Source: Acidobacteriota bacterium (lineage in GTDB: Bacteria; Acidobacteriota; CAIWXX01). From it: DNA of 64,000 bases. Shown here in pieces: positions 1 through 9,553 of the stretch (positions are counted from its first letter, which is position 1; every line of letters begins with the position of its first letter). The stretch covers positions 295,782 to 359,781 of the forward strand of contig JBFMAF010000037.1 in the NCBI GenBank assembly GCA_040755995.1. Reading direction: 5' to 3'. The position numbers and the translations under genes are program-made. Under the pieces are notes generated by a model. It ran no database searches and was not told the DNA's origin. It saw only the letters and a program-made list of their open reading frames with translations.

Positions 1-35
1 TTTCGGTATCGATCGAATTCTGACGGAGAGGAATC

Positions 36-1544
36 ATGGCAGATGCGAGACAAGTGAAAACGTGGCCGATGATCATCGACGGAAAGGAGGTGCAGGCCGA
101 GAGTGGGGCCACGACCGACGTGATCAATCCGGCAAACGACCAGGTGATCGCGAGGGTGCCGAAGGGGAGCTCGGCGGACGTTGACCGGGCGATCGGAGTT
201 GCACGCCACGCCTTCGACGACGGCCGCTGGTCCAAGCTCGGACATGGCCAGAGGGCCGAGGCTGTCTGGAAGCTGGCCGAGATCATGAACAAGCGGTTCC
301 AGGAGTTCGCCGAGGTCGAGACGTCGCAGACCGGCAAGCCGATCAAGTTCACCACCACGATGGACGTCCCGCTCTCGATCGACAACCTGAAATTCTTCGC
401 CGGCGCGGCGCGCCAGCTCGAGGGCAAGGCGATGACCGAGTACGTGCCCGGCTGGATGAGCGTGATCCGGCGCGAGCCGATCGGCGTCGTCGCTTCGATC
501 GCACCTTGGAACTATCCGCTGAACATGTGTGCGTGGAAGGTCGGCCCGGCGCTGGCGGCGGGAAACACGGTGGTGCTGAAGCCCGCGTCCAACACGCCGC
601 TGACCGCAATCATGCTCGGGCAGGTCGCGCTTGAGGCCGGCATTCCTGCAGGCGTGCTCAATGTTGTCACCGGCCCGGGCTCCGAGCTCGGCCCGCAGCT
701 CGTCGCCGACCCGCGTGTCGACATGATTTCGCTTACGGGCGACACGGTCACGGGCGAGAAGATCATGTCGGTGGGAGCCCCGGGGGTGAAGCGCCTGCAC
801 CTGGAGCTCGGTGGCAAGGCGCCGATGGTCGTCTTCGACGACGCCAACATAGAGGCGGCAGTAGAAGGCGTGCTGGCTGGCGGCTTCCTGAACACCGGGC
901 AGGACTGCACCGCGGCCACGCGCATTCTCGTGCAGCGCCCGATCTACGACGAGCTTCTCAAGAGGCTGGTCAAGCGCGTCAACGAGATCGTGGTAGGCGA
1001 CCCGCTCGCCCCGGAGACCGACATCGGCCCGTTGATCTCCCACGCGCAGCGGCACAAGGTGGAGGAGATGGTGAAGCGCGCGCGAGAGAGCGGCGCCAGG
1101 GTGCTCACCGGCGGTGATCGCATCGAGGGCCCGGGCTGCTTCTACAAGCCGACGATCATCGTGGATGCCGCCCAGAAATCGGAGATCGTGCAGTGCGAGG
1201 TGTTCGGGCCGGTGATCGTAGTGCAGCCGTTCGGGACGGACGACGAGGGGATCAGTATGGCCAACGACGTCGACTTCGGGCTGGCCTCATCGGCCTGGAC
1301 GACCAGCGTCTTCCGCGCCATGCGCGCTGCGGCCGAGATCAGGGCGGGAGCCGTTGGCATCAACGACCACGCCTTCATCTGTTCCGAGATGCCGCACGGC
1401 GGCTACAAGAAGTCCGGCTTCGGGAAGGACATGTCGCAGTACGCCTTCGACGAGTACACGAACGTCAAGCACGTGGCGTTCGCGCTCATCCAGGACGCCC
1501 GGAAGCCCTGGTACGACTCGATCGTCAAGCCTGCGAAGTCCTGA
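36..1544 (+). CDS. Aldehyde dehydrogenase, gamma-aminobutyraldehyde dehydrogenase (PatD/YdcW)-like
   Basis: ALDH motifs PWNYP, LELGGKAP (catalytic Glu), GQDCTAATR (catalytic Cys), EVFGPV; C-terminal PHGGYKKSGFGKDMS resembles PatD; RBS GAGAGG upstream. Confidence 0.9.
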   Translation: MADARQVKTWPMIIDGKEVQAESGATTDVINPANDQVIARVPKGSSADVDRAIGVARHAFDDGRWSKLGHGQRAEAVWKLAEIMNKRFQEFAEVETSQTGKPIKFTTTMDVPLSIDNLKFFAGAARQLEGKAMTEYVPGWMSVIRREPIGVVASIAPWNYPLNMCAWKVGPALAAGNTVVLKPASNTPLTAIMLGQVALEAGIPAGVLNVVTGPGSELGPQLVADPRVDMISLTGDTVTGEKIMSVGAPGVKRLHLELGGKAPMVVFDDANIEAAVEGVLAGGFLNTGQDCTAATRILVQRPIYDELLKRLVKRVNEIVVGDPLAPETDIGPLISHAQRHKVEEMVKRARESGARVLTGGDRIEGPGCFYKPTIIVDAAQKSEIVQCEVFGPVIVVQPFGTDDEGISMANDVDFGLASSAWTTSVFRAMRAAAEIRAGAVGINDHAFICSEMPHGGYKKSGFGKDMSQYAFDEYTNVKHVAFALIQDARKPWYDSIVKPAKS

Positions 1545-1701
1545 CAGTCGCACCTCGAGCTGTCCCCCGCGCGCCACAGGTTGGGGAACCTCGCCACCCC
1601 ATCGCGGACCTGTGTCGCTCTATGGGCGCACTTTGCTGAGCCGGTGTCGCTGTTCACCACTACAAGGATGATGTCGCCAGGTTGCCGGATTGCGGTCAAG
1701 C

Positions 1702-1730
1702 TTGACGAGGCGTCGATCGGGTGGTAATAA
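1702..1730 (+). promoter_or_regulatory. Possible sigma70 promoter
   Basis: TTGACG-17bp-TAATAA upstream of the PAS sensor gene. Confidence 0.35.
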
Positions 1731-1862
1731 GTGCGCGCCAGGAGTATTCCGAGGTCCGGCTGAGGGGAGCGGCTTCAATCCGAAGAGCGGGTGACTGCGA
1801 CGCGAAGGAACCGGGTTCGGTCGGGCCCCGCACGCCGTCCCGGAGGTTTTTAGAGGCGAATC

Positions 1863-3362
1863 GTGGGTGTCCCTGACGTATCTGACCTGATCGAACACCT
1901 TCCTGTCGGGGTCTATCGCACCACCCCCGATGGGAGGGTCTTGATGGCCAATCCTGCGCTTGTGCGCATGCTCGGCTATCCGGATCTCCAATCGTTGACG
2001 GCGGTGGACCTGGAAATCGGCGGATATGGGGACCAGGCGGATCGACAGCGATGGCGAGCTGCGATTGAACGCGACGGGATCAGCAGCGGGTTCGAGGTTC
2101 AGTGGCGCCGGCACGACGGCACCACTCTCTGGGTTTGCGAGCACGCGCGAGCGGTGCGGGACGGAGAAGGACGGGTTCTCTACTACGAAGGCGTCGTCGA
2201 AGACGTCACGCAGCGGAAGCGAGCGGAAGCGGAGCTATTGGAGCGAATCCGGCTGGCGTCATTGACTGCGGGTGTCTGTAGCGCTCTGGCTCGTGGCGAC
2301 GCCCTGTCAGAGTTCTTGCGGCGGTGTGTGGAACTCATGGTCCAACACCTCGGACTGGCGTTTGCACGCATCTGGACCCTCAGCCCCCCTGAGAACGCCC
2401 TGGACTTGCAGGCCAGCGCAGGACTTTACACGCACATCGACGGTCCGCACCGGCGCATCCTTGTCGGTCAATCCAAGATCGGTATCATTGCCCAGGAGCG
2501 GAGGCCGCACCTCACCAACCAAGTCATCGGGGATCCGCACGTTCAAGATCAGGAATGGGCGCGAAAAGAGGGGATGAGAGCTTTCGCCGGCTACCCATTG
2601 ATCGCTGAGGACCGCATGGTCGGTGTGATGGCCATGTTCTCCCGCCAGCCGCTCACAGATTTCGCCTTTCAGGCGATGGCGCCGATCGCGGACAGCATCG
2701 CATTGGCCATCCGGGAAGACCGGGTGGGGAGGGCGTTGCGGGAGAGCGAAGATCGCTACCGGGATCTCGTGGAACACAGCCACGACCTCATCTGTACGCA
2801 CGATCTGGATGGACGTCTTCTGTCAGTGAACCGAGCGGCCGTCAGGCTCATGGGCTTTGAGCCGGAGGAAATGGTAGGCATGAACATCCGCGACGGCCTG
2901 GCGCCCGAGGTCCGAGGCAAGTTCGATGCGTACCTGACTACGCTCCGGACGCACGGAGCAGCCAGTGGGTTGATGATCGTTCTGACACGCAGCGGGGAGA
3001 GGCGCATCTGGGAGTACGACAACACCGTACGCACCGAAGGCGTCGGCTCGCCCGTCGTGCGCGGGCTTGCGCGCGACATCACCGATCGGCTGAGGGCAGA
3101 TCGCGAGCGCGATAAGTTGATTCGCGAGCTTCAAGAGGCCGTCAGCAAAGCCAAGACCCTGAGCGGACTGCTGCCCATATGCGCCTCGTGCAAGAAGATA
3201 CGAGACGACCGGGGTTACTGGAATCGAATCGAATCCTACATAGCCGACCACTCTGAAGCGGAATTCAGCCACGGTATCTGCCCCGAGTGCTTCAATAGAC
3301 TATATCCCGAGTATCGAGAGGGTCCGGAGGGGGACTCGCAGACCGGGAAGACCAAACCATAG
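1863..3362 (+). CDS. PAS-GAF-PAS sensor protein with C-terminal Cys-rich domain, no kinase or cyclase output
   Basis: PAS/PAC motifs (ANPAL..MLGY, EDVTQRK, RDITDR), GAF (LQASAGLYTHIDG...FAGYPL), C-terminal LPICASCKKIRD..W..IESY..FSHGICPEC. Confidence 0.85.
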   Translation: MGVPDVSDLIEHLPVGVYRTTPDGRVLMANPALVRMLGYPDLQSLTAVDLEIGGYGDQADRQRWRAAIERDGISSGFEVQWRRHDGTTLWVCEHARAVRDGEGRVLYYEGVVEDVTQRKRAEAELLERIRLASLTAGVCSALARGDALSEFLRRCVELMVQHLGLAFARIWTLSPPENALDLQASAGLYTHIDGPHRRILVGQSKIGIIAQERRPHLTNQVIGDPHVQDQEWARKEGMRAFAGYPLIAEDRMVGVMAMFSRQPLTDFAFQAMAPIADSIALAIREDRVGRALRESEDRYRDLVEHSHDLICTHDLDGRLLSVNRAAVRLMGFEPEEMVGMNIRDGLAPEVRGKFDAYLTTLRTHGAASGLMIVLTRSGERRIWEYDNTVRTEGVGSPVVRGLARDITDRLRADRERDKLIRELQEAVSKAKTLSGLLPICASCKKIRDDRGYWNRIESYIADHSEAEFSHGICPECFNRLYPEYREGPEGDSQTGKTKP

Positions 3363-3395
3363 GCGACTCCGCAGGACACCTCCCCGATTCGCGCC

Positions 3396-3431
3396 ACAAC
3401 AAGTCCGGCTTCGGGAAGGACGTGTCGCGGT
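3396..3431 (+). repeat. 36-bp copy (33/36 identical) of ALDH coding sequence 1405-1440
   Basis: acaacaagtccggcttcgggaaggacgtgtcgcggt vs acaagaagtccggcttcgggaaggacatgtcgcagt. Confidence 0.85.
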
Positions 3432-3511
3432 CCGCTCGGCCCGAAACGCGCCACGACTCTCGCGCCGATCCGCATGCGGTCCACGGCCGTCTTCCTTCCA
3501 GCCGCAGCCGG

Positions 3512-3562
3512 GGAAGCGCCTGGCATCAATCGGAAGCGCCTGGCATCAATCGGAAGCGCCTG
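3512..3562. repeat. 20-bp tandem repeat, about 2.5 copies
   Basis: ggaagcgcctggcatcaatc x2 plus partial ggaagcgcctg. Confidence 0.9.
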
Positions 3563-3737
3563 TTGCGTCGAAGCAGATCTGAGCGCCGGACAACGTGAGG
3601 GTGATCTCGTCGGGGGCGGTCACCGCGGACCGTACCACCATGCCAAGTGACTTGGCGTACGCCTCCGTCAGCGCCAGGCTCATTGTCGAATATGATCTCG
3701 CCCGAGAGTTCGGCCAACAGCCGTCCGCGGCGGATCC

Positions 3738-3908
3738 GTGACTGTCCCCCTCGGGTCCTTCGATCACTGCCTGAAGACCAGGGACACATCGCCTCTGGAA
3801 CCCGACGCCGTGGAGCACAAGTTCTACGCCCAGGGAGTCGGCCTTGTCCTGGACGTCGACCCGTCCAGCGGGGAAAGGGTGGAGCTCGTGCAGGCTACGG
3901 CGAGGTGA
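3738..3908 (+). pseudogene. C-terminal fragment of a conserved hypothetical protein
   Basis: Hand translation VTVPLGSFDHCLKTRDTSPLEPDAVEHKFYAQGVGLV...VELV*, resembling the VTVPAGxF...YAxGVGLV C-terminal motif; N-terminus absent. Confidence 0.55.
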
Positions 3909-4037
3909 AGGCGGCGAACCAGGCCGGCACCACGCATTCCAACGCCGGAACGCCCGAACATTTCTTCGGCGCGAGCCGAAGACACCGGGCGGCCCGGGTT
4001 TGAAATCTGACCCCGACAGGATGCAGAATACACGTTC

Positions 4038-4361
4038 GTGAAGAAGATTGCGCGGCCGGCTACGAGAGATTCTGTGCTGGAGAGTCTGTTGGCGAGAAGC
4101 GCCCGGCCGAGGGTCATCGGATTGTGCATTGTCGGCCTGCTGTATGCGAGCTGCGTACGTTTTCATCCCAAGCCTGTCACGCCGGCCGCGGCCCTGGGCA
4201 TGCTCCCCCTTGCCTACGGCATCGGCTCCGGCGCGGACATGCCGAAACCGCTGGCCATCGCGGCGATCGGCGCGCTCTGCATTTCCGTGATGCTCTCGCT
4301 CGTGGCCACGCCCGTCACGTATTTCCTGATGGTGGGACGACGCAGGAACACCGGAGAATGA
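4038..4361 (+). pseudogene. Chimeric relic: TolC-like lipoprotein N-terminus fused to the C-terminus of an AcrB/CusA-type RND pump
   Basis: Lipoprotein-like LLYASCVRFHPKP followed directly by ALGMLPLAYGIGSGADMPKPLAIAAIGALCISVMLSLVATPVTY (RND TM11-12 signature). Confidence 0.7.
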
Positions 4362-4494
4362 GATATCGCATTCCAGACTTCGAAAGGATCCTGGTCTACG
4401 GTCAGGGAGAATAGATGGGTAACATCAAGGCCTCGCGCGCGGAGCGCGCTAGGTTCAGTCAACGGGCAAAGTTGTAATCCACGAGGAGGCATTT

Positions 4495-5826
4495 GTGCTC
4501 AGGGCAGGAACCACATTACTCGCATCGACTATGCTGTTCGCTCTGGTTGGTTCACAGCAAGCGGTCGGAGAACCGACGCTGCTGTCGGGCGCTTTCGACA
4601 CGCCCATCCAGAAGATACGGATCGCGGTCAATTCTGTCGATGGCAGCGCTCTGGCTGTCTGGAGTCAATCCGATGCGCGAAGCAATGAGCGCGGGCGTAT
4701 CTACGCTGCCGAGCTCACACGACAGCGCGACGGCGGCTACTCGGCCGGTAGGCCGTTCCTGGTCTCGCCGGACTCCGGATGTCACCAGCGCCCATCGGTT
4801 GCCTGGCTGGAAAAGCCTCGGACCTATCTCATCGTCTGGGACACGGCGTACCGCGATCTGAAATACTTCCTCAAGCTCGATCCGGTCGATGACCGGCCGT
4901 TCCGTTCATCGGACGTACTCGCTCGCACGTTCACCCCAGGCCGCCGCCGGGGGGTCGTGCCGGGCCCGTTGGGGAAAGTCGTACGGATCAACGATCCCGC
5001 GACGATTGTGTCCCTGCTGCCGTGCGCCGTGCCGATGACCGCCTCGGATCATGACGAGGTCTTCGTGACGTACCTGGGCAGCAACGAAGGCGGCAAGGAT
5101 GGGCATCATTGGTCTGCGGGGATGTGGGGGGCACGATGCACAGGGGGAAGCGACATCACGATCGGGAAGAACACGCAAATGACCTCCTGGCGCCTGATTG
5201 GAGCCGCGCTCTCCGGCTTCTCCGCGGGGGGCCGGATCTATGCTGCCGGCGTGAAGCTCGATCTGGAAGAGAGCAGTCAGATGGGGCGCGGAGGAGTGAT
5301 GATCATCGATCCCGAAAGCTGCAAGGTGGAACAGTTCATCGTCACGGGCAAGATCGATCCTCGCAGCCACCCACTCTCGGATCGGGGCTTCGGCGAAGTG
5401 ATCCCGCTTCCCCCAGCGCCGGCGCGAGAAGGCGCACCCTTCACGATCCTCGGCCACAGCAACGTCGATTTCAACATCCGCACCTTCCAGAGCGACCTGG
5501 CAGTTGAAACGTTCAAGAAGCTCGGCCCCGTCGATGAACGCTCAACACTCCTCGACCAACGATTCTTCGTGTTGAAGGACGCGGCCTCCTGTGCGCAGCA
5601 GGCTTACGTGCTCTACCAGGATGGCCATCGGAGCTTCTTCTACCGTCCCATCTCCTCCGTCACGGGCTTTCCGTCGGGAGCCCCCGTTGCTGCCTTCGGT
5701 CCGCTCACCGGAGAGCTTCAGTGGATGGACGTCGCCGCCTTTGGGCGCGATGTACTTGTTTCATGGGCCGAGAGGAAGCCGGACGGCCGCTACGCAGCCT
5801 GCTTTCAGAAGCTGACTGTGAAATGA
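4495..5826 (+). CDS. Secreted hypothetical protein, probably a beta-propeller
   Basis: Signal peptide; repeats of LAVW/YLIVWD/VLVSW type; RBS GAGGAGG before TTG/GTG start. Confidence 0.7.
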   Translation: MLRAGTTLLASTMLFALVGSQQAVGEPTLLSGAFDTPIQKIRIAVNSVDGSALAVWSQSDARSNERGRIYAAELTRQRDGGYSAGRPFLVSPDSGCHQRPSVAWLEKPRTYLIVWDTAYRDLKYFLKLDPVDDRPFRSSDVLARTFTPGRRRGVVPGPLGKVVRINDPATIVSLLPCAVPMTASDHDEVFVTYLGSNEGGKDGHHWSAGMWGARCTGGSDITIGKNTQMTSWRLIGAALSGFSAGGRIYAAGVKLDLEESSQMGRGGVMIIDPESCKVEQFIVTGKIDPRSHPLSDRGFGEVIPLPPAPAREGAPFTILGHSNVDFNIRTFQSDLAVETFKKLGPVDERSTLLDQRFFVLKDAASCAQQAYVLYQDGHRSFFYRPISSVTGFPSGAPVAAFGPLTGELQWMDVAAFGRDVLVSWAERKPDGRYAACFQKLTVK

Positions 5827-5855
5827 CCAGTCGAGATTGAAGAGGGGAGAAGGCA

Positions 5856-6821
5856 ATGTCGAAGAAACAAGCAAGTCCAATTCTCTCGGTCACCCTTGCG
5901 ATGCTCTCGGTGATTCTCGCAGGGGTCGCGCACGCATGGGCATCGAGTCCGCCGCCTATCCAGGTCAAGTACATTGGCCAGGTCAACGCAACGGCAGTGC
6001 TCAAACCCGCGGCGATACTCGACACCAAAGTTCTTCTCGCCGATGGATGGCTGGTAATTGCGAGCGGATCATTCACCTGTTCAGGCCGGATAACACCGAC
6101 GAAGCCAGGAAGCGTCCTTCCTTCGAAGCTCCGCTTCCAGGTCGTCCACAAGAATGCGAGTGGCAAAGTCCTCTATCAACTGAAATTCGACGTGAGCGTT
6201 CAGAGCAATGGCACCATTCCACGTCAAGTAAAGAAGTACACTGCCTTCGATCAGATCCCTCCAGGCGATACTCTGGAGACATCCTTTCTGCCAGTCGATC
6301 GGCCGCTGCCGGCCGGCACGATCAATCTTGTATCGAGCATCGGCGGGTCCTCCTATTCCAAGGCACGTCCCTTCCGGCAGGCATCGCCGGAGGTGGTCGT
6401 GCAGCAGGTTGAGCTGGACTTCAATTGGTGGCTCTATGGCGCCGCCAAGGGGCAGTCCTTCTGGCACTGCCTGCTCAGCTCTCCGAAAGGGCAACTATTC
6501 ACTATTACGGGTTCATTCTACTTGAAAGGCAAGCTCACGCCCGACAAACCCGGGACGCCGCTGCCCAGCAAGCTGAAGATGGTGATCAAGCATCTGAGCC
6601 CAACGGGGACCCTGATCAAGACGGACAACTTCCCCTTCACGGTTCAGTCCGACGGAACGATCCCCTACAAGAGCTACCCCTATACAACGGTCAATCCATC
6701 GGGGGTCAATGAATCCCTGGACATTTCACTCATCACTGTCGACAAGGCGTTCCCTGATCAGACTACTGCGGTTCTCGTAATCGGTGCGAAGGCTGCGTCC
6801 ACAGCCCCGGCCGAAAGGTAG
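5856..6821 (+). CDS. Secreted protein with two tandem homologous beta-rich domains
   Basis: Signal peptide (AHA|W); internal duplication GSF..G..TP.KPG..LPSKL...H....G...VQS.GTIP....YT; RBS upstream. Confidence 0.75.
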   Translation: MSKKQASPILSVTLAMLSVILAGVAHAWASSPPPIQVKYIGQVNATAVLKPAAILDTKVLLADGWLVIASGSFTCSGRITPTKPGSVLPSKLRFQVVHKNASGKVLYQLKFDVSVQSNGTIPRQVKKYTAFDQIPPGDTLETSFLPVDRPLPAGTINLVSSIGGSSYSKARPFRQASPEVVVQQVELDFNWWLYGAAKGQSFWHCLLSSPKGQLFTITGSFYLKGKLTPDKPGTPLPSKLKMVIKHLSPTGTLIKTDNFPFTVQSDGTIPYKSYPYTTVNPSGVNESLDISLITVDKAFPDQTTAVLVIGAKAASTAPAER

Positions 6822-7596
6822 GTTGCCAGTCGCCCGTTCGCAGTTGCGGGCACGACGGAGTCGTCTGCCCCTGAGGGCGTCGCGACGTCGAGCCACCTCG
6901 ACTTGGACCCCGGGGAAGAATATTCTCCGCGCGATGCACGGCGGCCGGGATCAGCGCAAGCATCGGGTCCGGGGGCAGGCCCAGCGGCTCGACGCGCAGC
7001 GGGGATTGGATCACGCGAGCAGCACTCGGCGGCGTTTCTCCGGCGCCGCAAAAGCGCGTCACATATGGACGTGTTGACGGTTGGCGATAGGTTCGACCAG
7101 AATAGGTGCCGTACGAAGGGATAACTTCTCAACTCGGAGATCAACCTCTCATGGGTGCGGCACATTCTATGAGACGAGAACCGTCCTTTCAGGCGAAGAA
7201 CTGCAGAGCTATTGCCTCTGGTACAGGAGCCTGACCGAACCGGAGGCGAAGGAGTGGGACGCGTTCGTCGCGCTTCTCACACCGGGCGAGAATACGGCCG
7301 AAGAGTTGGTGGCTTTCCGCTTCTCGACCGAGAAGGGCGGGACGGTCGCGCCCTCCGCGCCCGAGGAACGGCCAAGGTCCTATGCCGATGAGGCTCTGAG
7401 TCCAATACTGCGCGCACTGGGCGTCCAGCCGCACCAGCAAACCCCGCCGTCGTCGAACTGTTTGCAGGACTGAGGTACTCGAAAGCGGCGACGGCCTGGA
7501 GATCGTGGAGGAACAGAGCTAGCTGTATCTTTTTCTGCCCCGTCTTCGTCTCTAACCAACAAGGACCGGCCGGCGGCGGCCGGGGGCCGAGGAGGT

Positions 7597-8025
7597 ATGA
7601 CGATGAAGTTGATTCGTTCGATCGCAAATAGAACCACGTTCACGGCGGCCGTCACAGTGTGGCTCACGGCGGCGGGCTGCGGGCTCCGGGCGGGCGGTAT
7701 CAGCATACCTGCCGATATGGCCAAGACCTGGCTGACTGACACCGGCAGGCAGGTCTACCTGCTGGACGTGCGCGGATCCGGCGAGGTCGCCCAGGGGACG
7801 ATTCCGGGGGCAGACGGCATCGCCAGCTACTGGGATTGGCCGGGGTCATTCCGCGCCCTGGGCACGCCGCCCCGCAAGGACCAGACGATCATCGTGTACT
7901 GCGCGCGCGGCATCCGGTCGGCCCTGGCCACCAGGTGGCTGCGCAGGCAGGGATACACAGAGGCCTACAATCTGGCTGGAGGCGTCCACGCGTGGACGGA
8001 AGCGGGCGGAGCGATCCAGCGCTAG
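7597..8025 (+). CDS. Rhodanese-like domain protein, probable lipoprotein
   Basis: LLDVR, IPGA, active loop CARGIRS, YNLAGGVHAW; lipobox-like LTAAGC; RBS GGAGGAGG. Confidence 0.85.
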   Translation: MTMKLIRSIANRTTFTAAVTVWLTAAGCGLRAGGISIPADMAKTWLTDTGRQVYLLDVRGSGEVAQGTIPGADGIASYWDWPGSFRALGTPPRKDQTIIVYCARGIRSALATRWLRRQGYTEAYNLAGGVHAWTEAGGAIQR

Positions 8026-8079
8026 AATAGAAGTGGAAGACGGCAGACGTGTATGCGAGGATTCGAAGGAGACATTTCC

Positions 8080-8784
8080 ATGACGGCTGACTATGCGAAG
8101 TACGCGATCCTGGCGCTTCTGTGGATCGGCTTCTGCACGCTCCACAGCTTGTTGATCTCAATCACAGTGACGCGCTTCCTGGAGAGAAAGCTGGGGGATG
8201 CCTACCGCTACTACCGGCTGTTCTACAACCTCGTCGCGCTTCTGACGCTCGTTCCCCCCGTCTGGTATTCCACGACACTTCACCGAACGATGCTCTTCAC
8301 CTGGGACGGCTACCTCTCGATCCTCCAATGGCTGATGCGCGCTGCGGGGGTCGGGCTCTTCGTCGCCGGTTTCATGAAGTACAGTCCCTCCGAGTTTCTG
8401 GGGACTCGCCAGATCCGAAGGGGAGTGAACCGTCAGGCCGCCGGACCGAGCGGCAGGCTCGTTTCGAGCGGGATACTGGCCTTCGTGCGGCATCCATTCT
8501 ACTCAGCGGTGATTCTGCTCCTCTGGGCCGAGGACTTCGACGCCCCGAGGCTCATAGTCAACGGCATCCTGACCTCCTACGTGATCATCGGTACGCTGCT
8601 TGAGGAACACAAACTTCTCCTGGATTTCGGAGACCAATACCGCCTGTACCAGCGAGAGGTTTCGATGTTCGTCCCGTGGAAATGGATAAGGTTGCGATGG
8701 TTCGATAGAGTCGGACGAAGAAGTGCTCCGCCCCCGAGCCGCTCCCCCATCAGCTGCTCTGACCAGCGCATTCGGACCCGCTGA
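8080..8784 (+). CDS. ICMT/NnrU-like (MddA-like) membrane methyltransferase family protein
   Basis: F..LHSLL, YRLFYN, VRHPFY, LEEHKL...FG..Y..Y...V motifs; RBS AAGGAG before ATG 8080. Confidence 0.75.
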   Translation: MTADYAKYAILALLWIGFCTLHSLLISITVTRFLERKLGDAYRYYRLFYNLVALLTLVPPVWYSTTLHRTMLFTWDGYLSILQWLMRAAGVGLFVAGFMKYSPSEFLGTRQIRRGVNRQAAGPSGRLVSSGILAFVRHPFYSAVILLLWAEDFDAPRLIVNGILTSYVIIGTLLEEHKLLLDFGDQYRLYQREVSMFVPWKWIRLRWFDRVGRRSAPPPSRSPISCSDQRIRTR

Positions 8785-9028
8785 ATCGCCGCCCGAAATC
8801 CGAAGCGAGCTTGCCCGGCCCACGAATGCCGCACTCGCCCGGCGGCGGCATGTTGTCTCAGAATGCGCCCTGACGCGCGTAGATTTCTGTCGCGCCGCAC
8901 ACGTCTGCGTGCCTGCCTCTGCTTGACTCCGCGGCACGGGCATGGAATCCTTATCCCCAGCAGCACGCCCAAGGCCATCCGCCTGGCCGATGGGCGCTAT
9001 GTCGTCCGGCCATCGTGGAAGGAGGCCC

Positions 9029-9343
9029 ATGAAGTTAGGTGTTCAGCCGTTTCTCATTCTGACACTGTCGCTTGGATTCGTGGTCGCTTGTGGAACGAAA
9101 GACCTCACCAAGGCCGATTTGGAGAGAGTCAACAATGGGATGAGCTTTTCCGAGGTCAAGGCAATTCTCGGGTCGCCCCATCTGGCATCGAAGGATCAGA
9201 CGACGTTCCTTTGGACCACCAAGGACAAGACACAAGGCATTTATGTGAACTTCGATGCCGCGAAGGGCAAGGTGTCCGGGATCATCATTCTGGAGGATGA
9301 GCCAGTCTTGAAGCGTGCAATGGACAGTCTCGCGAGACAATGA
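9029..9343 (+). CDS. Small lipoprotein, SmpA/BamE- or BLIP-like fold
   Basis: Lipobox FVVAC; GMSFSEVKAILGSP motif; RBS AAGGAGG. Confidence 0.65.
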   Translation: MKLGVQPFLILTLSLGFVVACGTKDLTKADLERVNNGMSFSEVKAILGSPHLASKDQTTFLWTTKDKTQGIYVNFDAAKGKVSGIIILEDEPVLKRAMDSLARQ

Positions 9344-9553
9344 ACCCCTGTGAACGATTCCTAACACAAGCATCGATGTCGCACCTCGCATGCGGTGAAG
9401 CTGCTCGGAAGCTGGGTTCCTCGAGCCCAGGGAGAACGCCGGCGACCAGAGTTTGCCTAGTCCGGGCATCGCTGTCAGGATCGTGAAAGGAAGTCGGGTG
9501 CACATGTTTGCAGGATCGTGTCACGCGGGCCGGGCGGGGAGTGACGCAGGATA

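Noticed and set aside
3512..3562. Possible CRISPR repeat
   Set aside because: Copies are directly adjacent with no spacers and no cas genes are present
4375..4475. c-di-GMP-I riboswitch-like words (CGAAAGG, GGTCTAC, GGGCAAA)
   Set aside because: Elements are in the wrong order and the GACGCAAA-type P2 junction is absent
7081..7473. 130-aa ORF
   Set aside because: No RBS or recognisable motif; may be a relic but cannot be supported
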